From Planctomycetota bacterium (GTDB lineage Bacteria > Planctomycetota > GCA-002687715 > DRQF01): 64,000 nt of DNA. The notes below the pieces were generated by a model, which saw only the letters and a program-made list of their open reading frames with translations, did no database searches and was not told where the DNA came from. The stretch lies in contig JAZGFI010000288.1 of the NCBI GenBank assembly GCA_036479435.1, positions 1-64,000 of the forward strand. The letters run 5' to 3'. Shown here piece after piece: positions 32,228 to 41,275 of this stretch. Within the stretch, counting starts at the first letter, position 1, and each line of letters starts with the position of its first letter. The position numbers were made by a program, and so were the translations under genes.

Positions 32228-33526
32228 ATGAAGATCATCAAATGGATCGCCCCGGTCACCATCTTCGCCGCCTTGGCCTGGCTCGGTCAGAACCAAGCGG
32301 ACGACGCTCGCGCTTTTGCCACGCACGGTAGCTCCTGGGCCAGCCCCACCGCGCTCTACAAGGTCAATGCCAACTTCACGGATGCCAGTGCGGGCACCGC
32401 CGAAGAACAGATCGCCGCTATCCAACGCGCGGCCTCCGAGTGGAAGAGCGCGGGACAAGTTCCCTTCGAGTTCATCTACGACGGCACCACCACCAACACG
32501 ACGGTCGCCCCGAGCGACGGTGAGAACGCTGTCTTCTACAGCAACAGCGACGGCGGCGGCGCCCTTGCAACGGCGACTTGGTCCTCGTTTGCGAACGGTG
32601 ATTTCTTTGGCTTTGATATCGAGTTTTACTCGATGGGCGGCGCCCTCGACTTTGTATGGGCCACGAACCCCGTTGGTTCCCAGTTCGATATCGAGTCGGT
32701 CGCGACTCATGAGTTTGGCCACGCTCTCGGCCTCAGCCACTCGGCTTCGACCGACGCGACGATGTTCGCGTCAGTGGTGGCGGGATCGATCGCGAATCGC
32801 ACCCTCGCCGCCGACGACATTGCCGGTGTGCAGTCACTTTACGGCGTGCAGGCCACTGGTGCTCCGACCGTTAGCAATGTCGCACCCTTCTTCGGTTGGA
32901 TTGGCGGCGGCGAGCGTATCCGCTTGACCGGTACTGAGCTGTCCGGAGGCGACCCTCAAGTCGTCACAATTGACGGTGTTCAAGCCACTGGCGTCACCGT
33001 CCTCGACAACAGCACGATCGAGTTCGACGTTCCGATGGGAGTCCGCTCTGGCTTTGTGCCGGTCAGCGTGTCCCACGCTCAGGGCAACGTCGACCTCGGC
33101 GATATCTTCTTCAACACGAGCATGCGCTTCACCTCGGATATGCAGGTCGGCGGCACCGGTCAGATCGAACTGTTCTACCCGGCCGATGCCAACCTGCCCT
33201 ACCTCGCGGCACCTGCCATCAACTTTGACATAGGCATTCCGGTTAGCACCTTTGGTGACTCTGGTGACACCCGCGTGATTCCCTTGAACAACGACAGCCT
33301 GTTCCAAGAACAACGCCAAGGCCTCTACTCCGATACTTTCCTCGGCTTCGAAGGCTCCCTCGACGGCAACGGCAGCGCCATGTTGCAAGTCGTTCTGCCC
33401 AACCTGCCCTTCTTGCAAGGCTACGTGGTCTGCTTCGCTTCCATGACCCTCGACATGTCCTTCACGTCGGGCGTCAAGAACATCTCGAACGCCGCCGCCG
33501 GACAGATCCAGGCCGCAACGCCCTAA
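32228..33526 (+). CDS. Secreted matrixin (M10 metzincin) with IPT/TIG domain and C-terminal beta domain
   Basis: HEFGHALGLSH zinc motif, ATMF Met-turn, L--DDIAGVQSLYG; IPT (PTVSNVAP--G---GGERIRLTG). Confidence 0.9.
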   Translation: MKIIKWIAPVTIFAALAWLGQNQADDARAFATHGSSWASPTALYKVNANFTDASAGTAEEQIAAIQRAASEWKSAGQVPFEFIYDGTTTNTTVAPSDGENAVFYSNSDGGGALATATWSSFANGDFFGFDIEFYSMGGALDFVWATNPVGSQFDIESVATHEFGHALGLSHSASTDATMFASVVAGSIANRTLAADDIAGVQSLYGVQATGAPTVSNVAPFFGWIGGGERIRLTGTELSGGDPQVVTIDGVQATGVTVLDNSTIEFDVPMGVRSGFVPVSVSHAQGNVDLGDIFFNTSMRFTSDMQVGGTGQIELFYPADANLPYLAAPAINFDIGIPVSTFGDSGDTRVIPLNNDSLFQEQRQGLYSDTFLGFEGSLDGNGSAMLQVVLPNLPFLQGYVVCFASMTLDMSFTSGVKNISNAAAGQIQAATP

Positions 33527-33576
33527 TCGTTCGCAACGCAAAATGACGATCTCGGGTTTTGATCCTGAGCGAGCGG

Positions 33577-33616
33577 GGACCCGGCTTCCATTCTTGGAAG
33601 CCGGGTCCTTCTCTTT
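33577..33616 (+). terminator. Intrinsic terminator
   Basis: 14-bp stem ggacccggcttcca / tggaagccgggtcc, 4-nt loop, followed by ttctcttt. Confidence 0.75.
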
Positions 33617-33637
33617 GGTCCGACCAAGTTGCCTGAA

Positions 33638-33676
33638 AGGGTAGTGACTTTGGTCTGACGCAAACGTTCAGGGTTT
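33638..33676 (+). repeat. 39-bp dispersed repeat, copy 1 (GTCTGAC core)
   Basis: agggtagtgactttggtctgacgcaaacgttcagggttt; 36/39 identical to the reverse complement of 45151-45189. Confidence 0.92.
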
Positions 33677-33857
33677 AGGATTTGAGGTCGGCCTTTGCTG
33701 ACACATGGCTTGCGGTCGCCAAAATGGATGAAGAGTTGACTTTGGATTTGAAAGGCTAGTGGAAAACGTCTGACGCAGAAGTTGCGGGTTTGCTGGATGT
33801 TGGTTTTCTCGCGAGCGCGAGCTTGATCGTGATTAATTTGGTCTAGCGCTACACTTA

Positions 33858-33896
33858 GACCCGCGGTCTCCTGGTGATGGAGTCCGCGGGTTTTCT
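33858..33896 (+). terminator. Terminator-like hairpin upstream of the 4-repeat secreted protein
   Basis: gacccgcggtctcc / ggagtccgcgggtt followed by ttct. Confidence 0.45.
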
Positions 33897-34078
33897 TGCC
33901 GGGTCGGGCGCAAGGAATCGCTTGTTGAGGCTGTGGGCATTCCGTACGATTTGTTTGATCCCCAATGATAAGCGTCGCTCACGGACTCGGCATTGTTGTG
34001 CCCTGATGGAAGGGACACCACGATGACTCCGAGGGTCCGCGGACTCTCTCGGGGGTGGCGCAAGACCAGAGGTTCGAC

Positions 34079-36874
34079 ATGAATCGAAGCATCTTTGCGC
34101 TCCACCTCCGTTCCCATTTCTTGTTCACCGCGTTGGGCCTGACGCTTTTTGCGTCCGGCTTGTTGGCGCAACAGCCGCTGAACACCGAACTCCTTCAAAA
34201 CGGCGGTTTCGAAACCGGTGACACTACGGGTTGGACCGCAGCGGGGGGCACGATTGGCGTGTTGCTCTACGGCGATCCGAACACCCCCGATACCGGCGTC
34301 GCCGTGGCGATGGGCGGCGCGAGCTTTATTGCGCGCTGCTCGACGAACAGCAGCTCGGCGACTTTGACCCAGTCTTTTGACTTGAACGGCAACGCCGTGG
34401 ACGTCGATGCTGGCAACTTGGCATTGAAGCTCGCGGGATTTTTTGGCGGCAACGGCAGCGACAATGATCGCGCGACCTTGACCGCGCGTTTTCTGGACGC
34501 ATCTTCAGCGCTCATCGACACGCTTTTAATCGGCGACATCACCCGGACCAACCGCAATGCAGAGACGACTCTGATGCGCCGTTCGGGCGACATCGTGGTA
34601 CCGGCGGGGACTCGGACCCTGGAAGTAGAGATGCGCTATGCGCGTTTCTCGGGACTGGGCTTGGATTCCCTCGCGGATAACCTCAGCGCGGAACTGGTCC
34701 TCGCGGCGGCAGCGATTCCCGCGGCTATCGCCTTGAACCTCGAACTTTTAGACAACGCTGGTTTTGAAACCGGGGCTATCATCAACCCCGCGCTCGAGTC
34801 GGCTTGGACCGTTCGGTCTGGAGCTTGGCAGTCCGCCAACTACGGCGATGCGGAACTCCCCACGGCGGCCATCGCGACCGCCATGGGCGGCGGGGCCAAG
34901 CTAGCGCTTTGCATCACGGATAGTTCCAATCCCTTCATGACCCAGACTTTTGATCTGCGCGGCAATGCCGCCGACATCGACGCCGGAAATATCTTTGTCG
35001 ACCTTGAGGGCTATTTCGGAGGCTTCGTGGGGAACGCTGATACGGCGGAACTAAACGCGCTCTTCTTCGATGCGAGCGCTGCGGCTATTCCTAGCGCGGA
35101 TCTTCGCATCGGACAGATCACCGCGACCAATCGCAACCAAGAGACCACGGTGATGCGCCGTTCGAGCGAAGGCCAGGTCCCGGTCGGTGCGCGGAGCATG
35201 GTGATTGAGCTGCGCTACCGGCGACTGTCTGGCTTGGGCGTCGAGGCCTTCGCGGATCGCCTCGCGGTGAAGCTGACCAATGCGCCCATACTTGCGCCTT
35301 TGGCCCTCGATACCCAACTCATCAACAATCCGGGGTTTGGGGCTATCGAACTCATCGACCCCGCGATTGAATCCAGCTGGACGGTAAGTAACGCGCTCTT
35401 CGCGGCGGTGGCCTACGGCGATGTGGATTTGCCTTCGGTGGACGTTTCGGCCGCCATCAACGGAGGGTCGAGGTTGCTGAGGTGCTCGACCGACTCCAGT
35501 GTGGCGCGCATCGGCCAAAGCCTCGATTTGCGCGGCAATGCTGTTGATGTCGACAACGCTGCGCTCTACGTCGAGCTTGCGGGCCATTTTGGTGGCAGCG
35601 CGGCCGATCCCGATCGGGCCTCGATGCGGGTGATCTTTTTTGATGACACGGATACGGAAATCGTCGTGCCCTCGACTGATATTGGTGCCATCACCCGGAC
35701 CAACCGGAACGACGAAACGACCGTGATGCGTCGCAGTGGAAACTTCGCAGTGCCAGTAGGCGCGCGCCGAATGCTCGTCGAGATCGAACTGAATCGCCTC
35801 GCCGGCCTCTCGCTGGACGCCTTGGTCGACAACGTGTTTGCCGCTTTGCGCCACGGGCCGCTTCCAGTGCCGGGAACCACCACTTTCACCGAGATCGTCG
35901 ACCGCGGCGATTTCGAAGATGAGTTCATCATCAATCCGAACGAGGAAGTGAGTTGGACCGTGACCAACGGGGGGTTCATTTCGGTTCCCTACGGTGATCC
36001 GAATCAGCCTTCGATGACGATTGGCAGCACGATCGGTGGCGGCTTGCGACTCGTGAGCGATCGGCTTGGGGGCTCAGTGGCGCGCATGGAACACCGCTAT
36101 CCCGTGGCGTCAGATGCGACGAGTATCGATTTGGGACAGGCGGAGTTTTCGGCCGAGGCCTATCTTGGCGGGGAGGGCTCGCAACCTGATCACGCTAAGC
36201 TCGAAGTCCTCTACTTGGATGCGAGCGGCGCGACCCTTTTGACTGACACCATTGGGCCGGTTACCAACACCGACCGCGGCAACGTAACCGACATGCTCTT
36301 CAGAGAGGGTTGCTTCACAGTTCCTGCCGGCACCCGTGAGATCGTCCTGAAACTCGTCTTCACTCGGCTCTCTGGGCTTTCGAATGAAGCCCATGCCGAC
36401 AATATCAGCGCCCGATTCGACATTGTTGACAATCCGGGGTCGAACGAAGACCTGCGATTCCTCACCAGCCTCGGGGGACCCCTCAACGGCGGCGCGGCGA
36501 ACGACATCAAGTTTGCCCTGCCGGGCGACGTGCTCACGATGCAGATCGACTCGCCGGGCGGTACGCGTAACTTTCAACCCTTGGTGTTGGTGGGGCACTT
36601 GTTCACGACCGGCTCGCCGCCTCTTTCACCAGGTGGCTTCCCGACGGTTTGCGTCAACCCGACCACGGGATTTGTTTTCATTCTGCTGGATGGCGTGACG
36701 CCGCAGGGAGTCTTCGGACCCCCGGTCGTCTTCCCGGGCGGAACGATCGAGCAAGTTCTTATCCCCCTCGGAGGTGCCGGCCTCAGCGTCAACCTCCAGG
36801 CCTTCGCCCTGGATGGCAGCGCGGCTAACGGGTTCTTCGCGACGACGGATTGTCTGGAACTGCGTCTCCAGTAA
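34079..36874 (+). CDS. Secreted protein with four tandem ~190-aa jelly-roll (carbohydrate-binding-like) repeats and a C-terminal beta domain
   Basis: Signal peptide; repeats start ELLQNGGFE / ELLDNAGFE / QLINNPGFG / EIVDRGDFE and share YGD, GGF/YFGG-like, TNRN-ETT-MRRS, VP-G-R, ADN motifs. Confidence 0.8.
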   Translation: MNRSIFALHLRSHFLFTALGLTLFASGLLAQQPLNTELLQNGGFETGDTTGWTAAGGTIGVLLYGDPNTPDTGVAVAMGGASFIARCSTNSSSATLTQSFDLNGNAVDVDAGNLALKLAGFFGGNGSDNDRATLTARFLDASSALIDTLLIGDITRTNRNAETTLMRRSGDIVVPAGTRTLEVEMRYARFSGLGLDSLADNLSAELVLAAAAIPAAIALNLELLDNAGFETGAIINPALESAWTVRSGAWQSANYGDAELPTAAIATAMGGGAKLALCITDSSNPFMTQTFDLRGNAADIDAGNIFVDLEGYFGGFVGNADTAELNALFFDASAAAIPSADLRIGQITATNRNQETTVMRRSSEGQVPVGARSMVIELRYRRLSGLGVEAFADRLAVKLTNAPILAPLALDTQLINNPGFGAIELIDPAIESSWTVSNALFAAVAYGDVDLPSVDVSAAINGGSRLLRCSTDSSVARIGQSLDLRGNAVDVDNAALYVELAGHFGGSAADPDRASMRVIFFDDTDTEIVVPSTDIGAITRTNRNDETTVMRRSGNFAVPVGARRMLVEIELNRLAGLSLDALVDNVFAALRHGPLPVPGTTTFTEIVDRGDFEDEFIINPNEEVSWTVTNGGFISVPYGDPNQPSMTIGSTIGGGLRLVSDRLGGSVARMEHRYPVASDATSIDLGQAEFSAEAYLGGEGSQPDHAKLEVLYLDASGATLLTDTIGPVTNTDRGNVTDMLFREGCFTVPAGTREIVLKLVFTRLSGLSNEAHADNISARFDIVDNPGSNEDLRFLTSLGGPLNGGAANDIKFALPGDVLTMQIDSPGGTRNFQPLVLVGHLFTTGSPPLSPGGFPTVCVNPTTGFVFILLDGVTPQGVFGPPVVFPGGTIEQVLIPLGGAGLSVNLQAFALDGSAANGFFATTDCLELRLQ

Positions 36875-36888
36875 GTGCCTTGCTTGAC

Positions 36889-36926
36889 GACACGGGCCCC
36901 AAGGTCTCTTCCTTGGTGCCCGTGTC
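36889..36926. terminator. Hairpin terminator between convergent genes
   Basis: gacacgggc-c-ccaagg / ccttgg-t-gcccgtgtc, followed by tatttc. Confidence 0.65.
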
Positions 36927-36959
36927 TATTTCGCCGCAAAGGTGGGACGTCGAACGAAT

Positions 36960-37964
36960 CTACTCGTGTCGCCGCTCGCGCGTCATCAGCTGAGTGATGG
37001 CGCGCCGAGGGTCTTTTCGGCGGAACAAGACCGCATAGACTTGATCGGTGATGGGCATTTCGATGCCCACCGAATGCGCCAACTTTCGGATGCTTTTGGT
37101 CGTGCCGACGCCTTCGGCGATTTTGACGGAAGTTCTTAGGATCTCGTCGAGGGTCTCACCGCGTCCGATCCTTTCGCCAACGGCACGGTTGCGTCCGAAG
37201 GGCGAAAACGCCGTCGTGATGAGGTCACCCACGCCCGCCATTCCGTAGAAGGTTTTCTTCTTGGCGCCCAGCGCGCAGCCGAGGGTGGCGGTTTCGACGA
37301 GGCCTCGCGTGAGGAGAGCGGCCTTGGTGTTGTCGCCCAAGCCCAAGCCGTCGAGGATGCCGGCGGCGATGGCGATAATGTTTTTCATCGCGCCGCCGAA
37401 CTCGACGCCAAAGAGATCGTCATTGGCATACACCCGAAAGTTCGGCGTCGACAACTCGTCACGAAGGCGACGAGCCAAGGGTAGCGAACGCGCGGCGATG
37501 ACCACCGTCGTCGCGAGGCCCCGAGCGACTTCTTCGGCGTGACTCGGTCCCGAAAGGACGGCGACTCCTCGACGTTGGCAAACCGAGCTGATGATTTGAC
37601 TGGGGCGCTCGAGCGTGGCGAGCTCGATGCCCTTGGTCAACGAAATGATGGGGATGCGCGCCGGAACAAGTTCACACAACCCAGACCAAGTGCCGCGCAC
37701 GTACTTGGTGGGGATGGCCGAAAAGACCATCGTTGCCTCTGCGAAGGTTTCTTCGGGATCCATGGTCGCACGCAGGGAGTCGGGAAAGTCGTAGCCTTCC
37801 AGAAACTTGTCGTTGCGCCGCCGGCGATTCATGACCGTGACTTCTTTGGCGTCGTGACCGAGCATGACGACTTCGTGGCCTTTTGCGGCCATCAGCCCGC
37901 CCATCGCCGTACCCCAGCCGCCCGCACCAATGACGGCGATCTTTCCCTTGTTCTTAGGGCTCAA
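36960..37964 (-). CDS. gpsA: NAD(P)H-dependent glycerol-3-phosphate dehydrogenase
   Basis: IAVIGAGGWGTA, TKGIE, LSGPSHAEEV, GGAMKNIIAIAAG, GVGDLITT, GRNR; TTG start at 37964 overlaps the plsY stop. Confidence 0.95.
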   Translation of the reverse strand: MSPKNKGKIAVIGAGGWGTAMGGLMAAKGHEVVMLGHDAKEVTVMNRRRRNDKFLEGYDFPDSLRATMDPEETFAEATMVFSAIPTKYVRGTWSGLCELVPARIPIISLTKGIELATLERPSQIISSVCQRRGVAVLSGPSHAEEVARGLATTVVIAARSLPLARRLRDELSTPNFRVYANDDLFGVEFGGAMKNIIAIAAGILDGLGLGDNTKAALLTRGLVETATLGCALGAKKKTFYGMAGVGDLITTAFSPFGRNRAVGERIGRGETLDEILRTSVKIAEGVGTTKSIRKLAHSVGIEMPITDQVYAVLFRRKDPRRAITQLMTRERRHE

Positions 37965-38587
37965 GCTTTGTCTCCGATCTTCTTTTCTTTGCCACGGAAA
38001 ACTCGAACGAGGTTCGCTCGGTGGGAAACTAGCACCACGACGGCTAACAGCACAAAATAAGCGATGAACCAAGGCCGTCCCGGATCACCCCGGCTGATAA
38101 GCGTGTAGACGATCGACAAACTCATGGTGGCCAACACGCTCGAGAGCGAAACCCAACGGCAGCACAGGATGCAGATTCCCCAAATCCCCAGGGCCGCCAG
38201 GCCCGTCATCAGGCTAATGGCTAAGACCACGCCCGATCCGGCGGCGATGCCCTTGCCGCCTCGGAATGAAAGCCAAAAAGGAAAAAGGTGCCCCAAGATA
38301 ACGCCAAGGCCGACAACCAGCGCCAGGGGTAGCGTCTCCTCGGAATCAGCTTGCCACCAGATTTTGGCCGCCAGCGTCGGCAACAGACCTTTCAGCATGT
38401 CGGCGAGGTAGATCAAAAAAGCCCAACGGCGACCGAGCACCCGCCCCGCATTGGTCGCCCCCAAGTTGCCGCTACCGTGTTGCCTAAGGTCCTCACCCCG
38501 CAATACGCGTACGGCGAGATAGGACCAGGAAAAGGTCCCAATCAGATAGGCGATGGCGGCGGCGACGAGATAGGTCAAAAAGGGCAT
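37961..38587 (-). CDS. plsY: Glycerol-3-phosphate acyltransferase
   Basis: DLRQHGSGNLGATNAGR, D-LKG, GHLFPFWLSFRGGKG, HRANL-R---G-E-K. Confidence 0.95.
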   Translation of the reverse strand: MPFLTYLVAAAIAYLIGTFSWSYLAVRVLRGEDLRQHGSGNLGATNAGRVLGRRWAFLIYLADMLKGLLPTLAAKIWWQADSEETLPLALVVGLGVILGHLFPFWLSFRGGKGIAAGSGVVLAISLMTGLAALGIWGICILCCRWVSLSSVLATMSLSIVYTLISRGDPGRPWFIAYFVLLAVVVLVSHRANLVRVFRGKEKKIGDKA

Positions 38588-38684
38588 AGTCGTTGATAGC
38601 TCCGCGGGCGCGAAGCTTAAAGGGATCCTTGCGTGGTTCTCGCGATGAAAGACAATGGGATTCAGCCCTTGACGAGGAGGACCG

Positions 38685-39227
38685 GTGAGCGATCAGACCG
38701 AAGCCAATCTAGCCCCGACGGCCTCGCCCGAAGTGAAACCAGTCGTGGCTCCAGATCGTGGCCCTCGCCTTGTGACCGTTCTCCTCGTGCTGGTTGTGCT
38801 CAACGCCCTCGCCGTGTTCTTGGTGTGGAAGACGGAACCCCAAAGCCTTGAAGAAGATCATGTCACCGCCCAACTTTTTCTCGACGGTTTGGTTTTTGGC
38901 ATCGCCGATGCCCCTGATCGCGTCGTGACCGGTTACTCGATCGCCTATGACCAACTGTCGGAGTCCGCTCGCGCAAAGTGGGACTACGCAGGATTCTCCG
39001 AGCATTTTGAGAACAAGGTCGCCGAATCGGGCTATTTGGTCTCCTGGGTTCCCCTCAGTGGGGAGCGAGGGAGCCTTGGGGCGCGTTACCTTGCTTACCG
39101 TCTTGACTTCGAGGGCCGAGACGACGAACCGCTTTCTTTTCACTGTGAGCTCAAGGTTATTCCTTTCGAGGGCCAACATCGCATTGACAGTTGGAAGTTG
39201 CGCGACCTGAAGGACGAGGAACGCTGA
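38685..39227 (+). CDS. Hypothetical single-pass membrane protein
   Basis: One TM segment (LVTVLLVLVVLNALAVFLVW); stop overlaps the next ATG (TGATG). Confidence 0.6.
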   Translation: MSDQTEANLAPTASPEVKPVVAPDRGPRLVTVLLVLVVLNALAVFLVWKTEPQSLEEDHVTAQLFLDGLVFGIADAPDRVVTGYSIAYDQLSESARAKWDYAGFSEHFENKVAESGYLVSWVPLSGERGSLGARYLAYRLDFEGRDDEPLSFHCELKVIPFEGQHRIDSWKLRDLKDEER

Positions 39228-41275
39228 TGGCAGTCGGGCCAGACTTCGGGGTTGATGCCGGCGGTACCTTCACCGATTTTGTGGGCGCGGATGGTCGCGG
39301 CCTCAAATTACCTTCCAACGCACTGGAGCCCGCGACCGTCTTAACCGAGGGGATTGCAGCCTTAGCTGACGCAAGATTCTCCGGAGCGTCGCAGCTTGAG
39401 ATCGTCCACGGCACGACGATCGCGACCAACGCGATCTTGACGGGGCAATTGGCAAGAGTCGGGCTGCTGATCACCGCGGGTTTTCGCGACCTTTTGCAGT
39501 TGGGAAGGCAAGCGCGGCCCGAACTCTACGATCTCAACCCTCAGCCCCCTTTCGCACCGCCTCCCCGGCGCCTTATCGAGGAAGTACCAGAACGTCTGGA
39601 TGCGCAGGGTAAAGTCGTTCTGCCGCTCGACGAAGAGGCTCTTTTGCATTCCGCGACAAAGCTGAAATCCCGTGGTGCCGAGGCCCTTGCGATCTGCTTT
39701 TTGCACTCTTGGCGCAACGCCAAGCACGAAAAGCGCGCTGGCGTCATCCTGAGTGGTCTCGGCTTGCCGGTGTCGATTTCTGCGGCCATCGCACCGGAAT
39801 TTCGCGAGTTCGAGCGCTTTTCGACCGCCTACACCAACGCCTCCTTGATGCCCTTGCTTGGCCGCTACGTCGCCGAACTCAAGAGTCGGCTGCCACCGCT
39901 TCAAAAGCAGCTCGGTCTGACCGCCGTCCCTCGAGTCTCGATTCTCGCGAGCGATGCCGGGCGCAGCAGTCTTGATGAAGCAGCTCAGCTGCCGGTGAAA
40001 CTGGTGTTGTCGGGCCCCGCGGGCGGGGTGATCGGCGCTTGGCGCGGAGCGGCTACGAAAACGCGTCGAAAACTAATGACTTTGGATCTTGGCGGTACTT
40101 CTGCCGACGTCGCCTTGCTCGACGGCGGTGAGCCCATCGTGCACCGCTGTCTCATCGCCGGGCGGCCCCTGATGGTGCCCGTGGTGGATGTTCACACCGT
40201 CGGTGCCGGCGGTGGTTCGATCGCGCGCAAAGATCGCGGCGGAGCCCTTGCAGTGGGGCCGGCAAGCGCTGGCGCCGACCCGGGTCCTGCGGCCTACGGT
40301 CGCGGCGGCCCGGCAACCGTTACCGACGCCCATTTGGTATTGGGACGCATGCTCCCCGGTCACTTCCTCGGCGGCGACTTCGAACTCGATGTTGATGCGA
40401 GTTGGCGCAGTATTGAGCAACTATCCGTGAGCCTGAATCTTGAGCCCTTGGTTTGCGCGGAGGGGGTTTTGCAGGTCGCCGAAGTGACGATGGAGCGAGC
40501 CCTGCGCCGCATCTCTTTGGAACGTGGCCATGACCCGCGGCAATTCAGCCTCGTTGCTTTTGGTGGTGCCGGCGCTTTGCACGCCGCCGCTCTGGCACGG
40601 GGGTTGGGCATGACGGAAGTCGTCGTCCCGCGCGACGCGGGCATGCTTTCCGCCCGAGGTATGATGCAGGCTCGGGTGCGCCGAGAAAGCAGTCGTTCGA
40701 TGCTGGGAAAGACCCTGTCATCCGTCGAGAAAAACCGCGATCGCTTAATCGCGCCACTCAGGCGGGATCTCGATCGTGCGCTCGCGCACGAAGACGTCGC
40801 AAAGACTGACCGCGAGTACGAGGTCTTTGCCGACTTGAGATACCGCGGACAAAGCCACGAGATCACGGTGCCCTTTCGAGGCGTCGGGACCAAGAAGAAG
40901 TTTGCGGCCGCGCATCGGCAGCTTTTTGGATTCGACCAATCGGATATCTCTAGCTCTGAATCTGACTTCATCGAGTGTGTGGCCCTGCGACTTCGAGTAA
41001 GCGGACCTCAGCCGAAATCGCCGCGGTACCGCCGTCCTCCAACTCCCAAGGGCGACAAGGCCCTGCAGACGACAATGTGCGTGTTTGATGGCAAGCGGCA
41101 GCGCACCTCGGTTTTCGATCGCCTTGCGCTGCGCTCCGGCAAAAACTACGCCGGGCCCGCCATTGTTGTCGAGTACTCCGCGACGACCGTCGTGCCTCCG
41201 GACTTCGATTTTCATCTAGAAGCTTCGCAAGCGCTGGTGCTGACGCGCCGGCCAAAAAAAAGGCGTCGGTCATGA
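39227..41275 (+). CDS. Hydantoinase A / 5-oxoprolinase ATP-binding subunit
   Basis: GVDAGGTFTD, HGTTIATNA, LSGPAGG, DLGGTSADV, TVGAGGGSIA, SAGADPGPA, AFGGAG, RYRGQSHE. Confidence 0.93.
   Translation: MAVGPDFGVDAGGTFTDFVGADGRGLKLPSNALEPATVLTEGIAALADARFSGASQLEIVHGTTIATNAILTGQLARVGLLITAGFRDLLQLGRQARPELYDLNPQPPFAPPPRRLIEEVPERLDAQGKVVLPLDEEALLHSATKLKSRGAEALAICFLHSWRNAKHEKRAGVILSGLGLPVSISAAIAPEFREFERFSTAYTNASLMPLLGRYVAELKSRLPPLQKQLGLTAVPRVSILASDAGRSSLDEAAQLPVKLVLSGPAGGVIGAWRGAATKTRRKLMTLDLGGTSADVALLDGGEPIVHRCLIAGRPLMVPVVDVHTVGAGGGSIARKDRGGALAVGPASAGADPGPAAYGRGGPATVTDAHLVLGRMLPGHFLGGDFELDVDASWRSIEQLSVSLNLEPLVCAEGVLQVAEVTMERALRRISLERGHDPRQFSLVAFGGAGALHAAALARGLGMTEVVVPRDAGMLSARGMMQARVRRESSRSMLGKTLSSVEKNRDRLIAPLRRDLDRALAHEDVAKTDREYEVFADLRYRGQSHEITVPFRGVGTKKKFAAAHRQLFGFDQSDISSSESDFIECVALRLRVSGPQPKSPRYRRPPTPKGDKALQTTMCVFDGKRQRTSVFDRLALRSGKNYAGPAIVVEYSATTVVPPDFDFHLEASQALVLTRRPKKRRRS

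Noticed and set aside
31883..33541. 285-aa and 235-aa minus-strand ORFs
   Set aside because: Antisense shadows of the matrixin operon caused by GC-rich codon bias
37965..38072. N-terminal extension of GpsA
   Set aside because: Overlaps plsY in another frame; TTG at 37964 gives a typical coupled start just before the Rossmann motif
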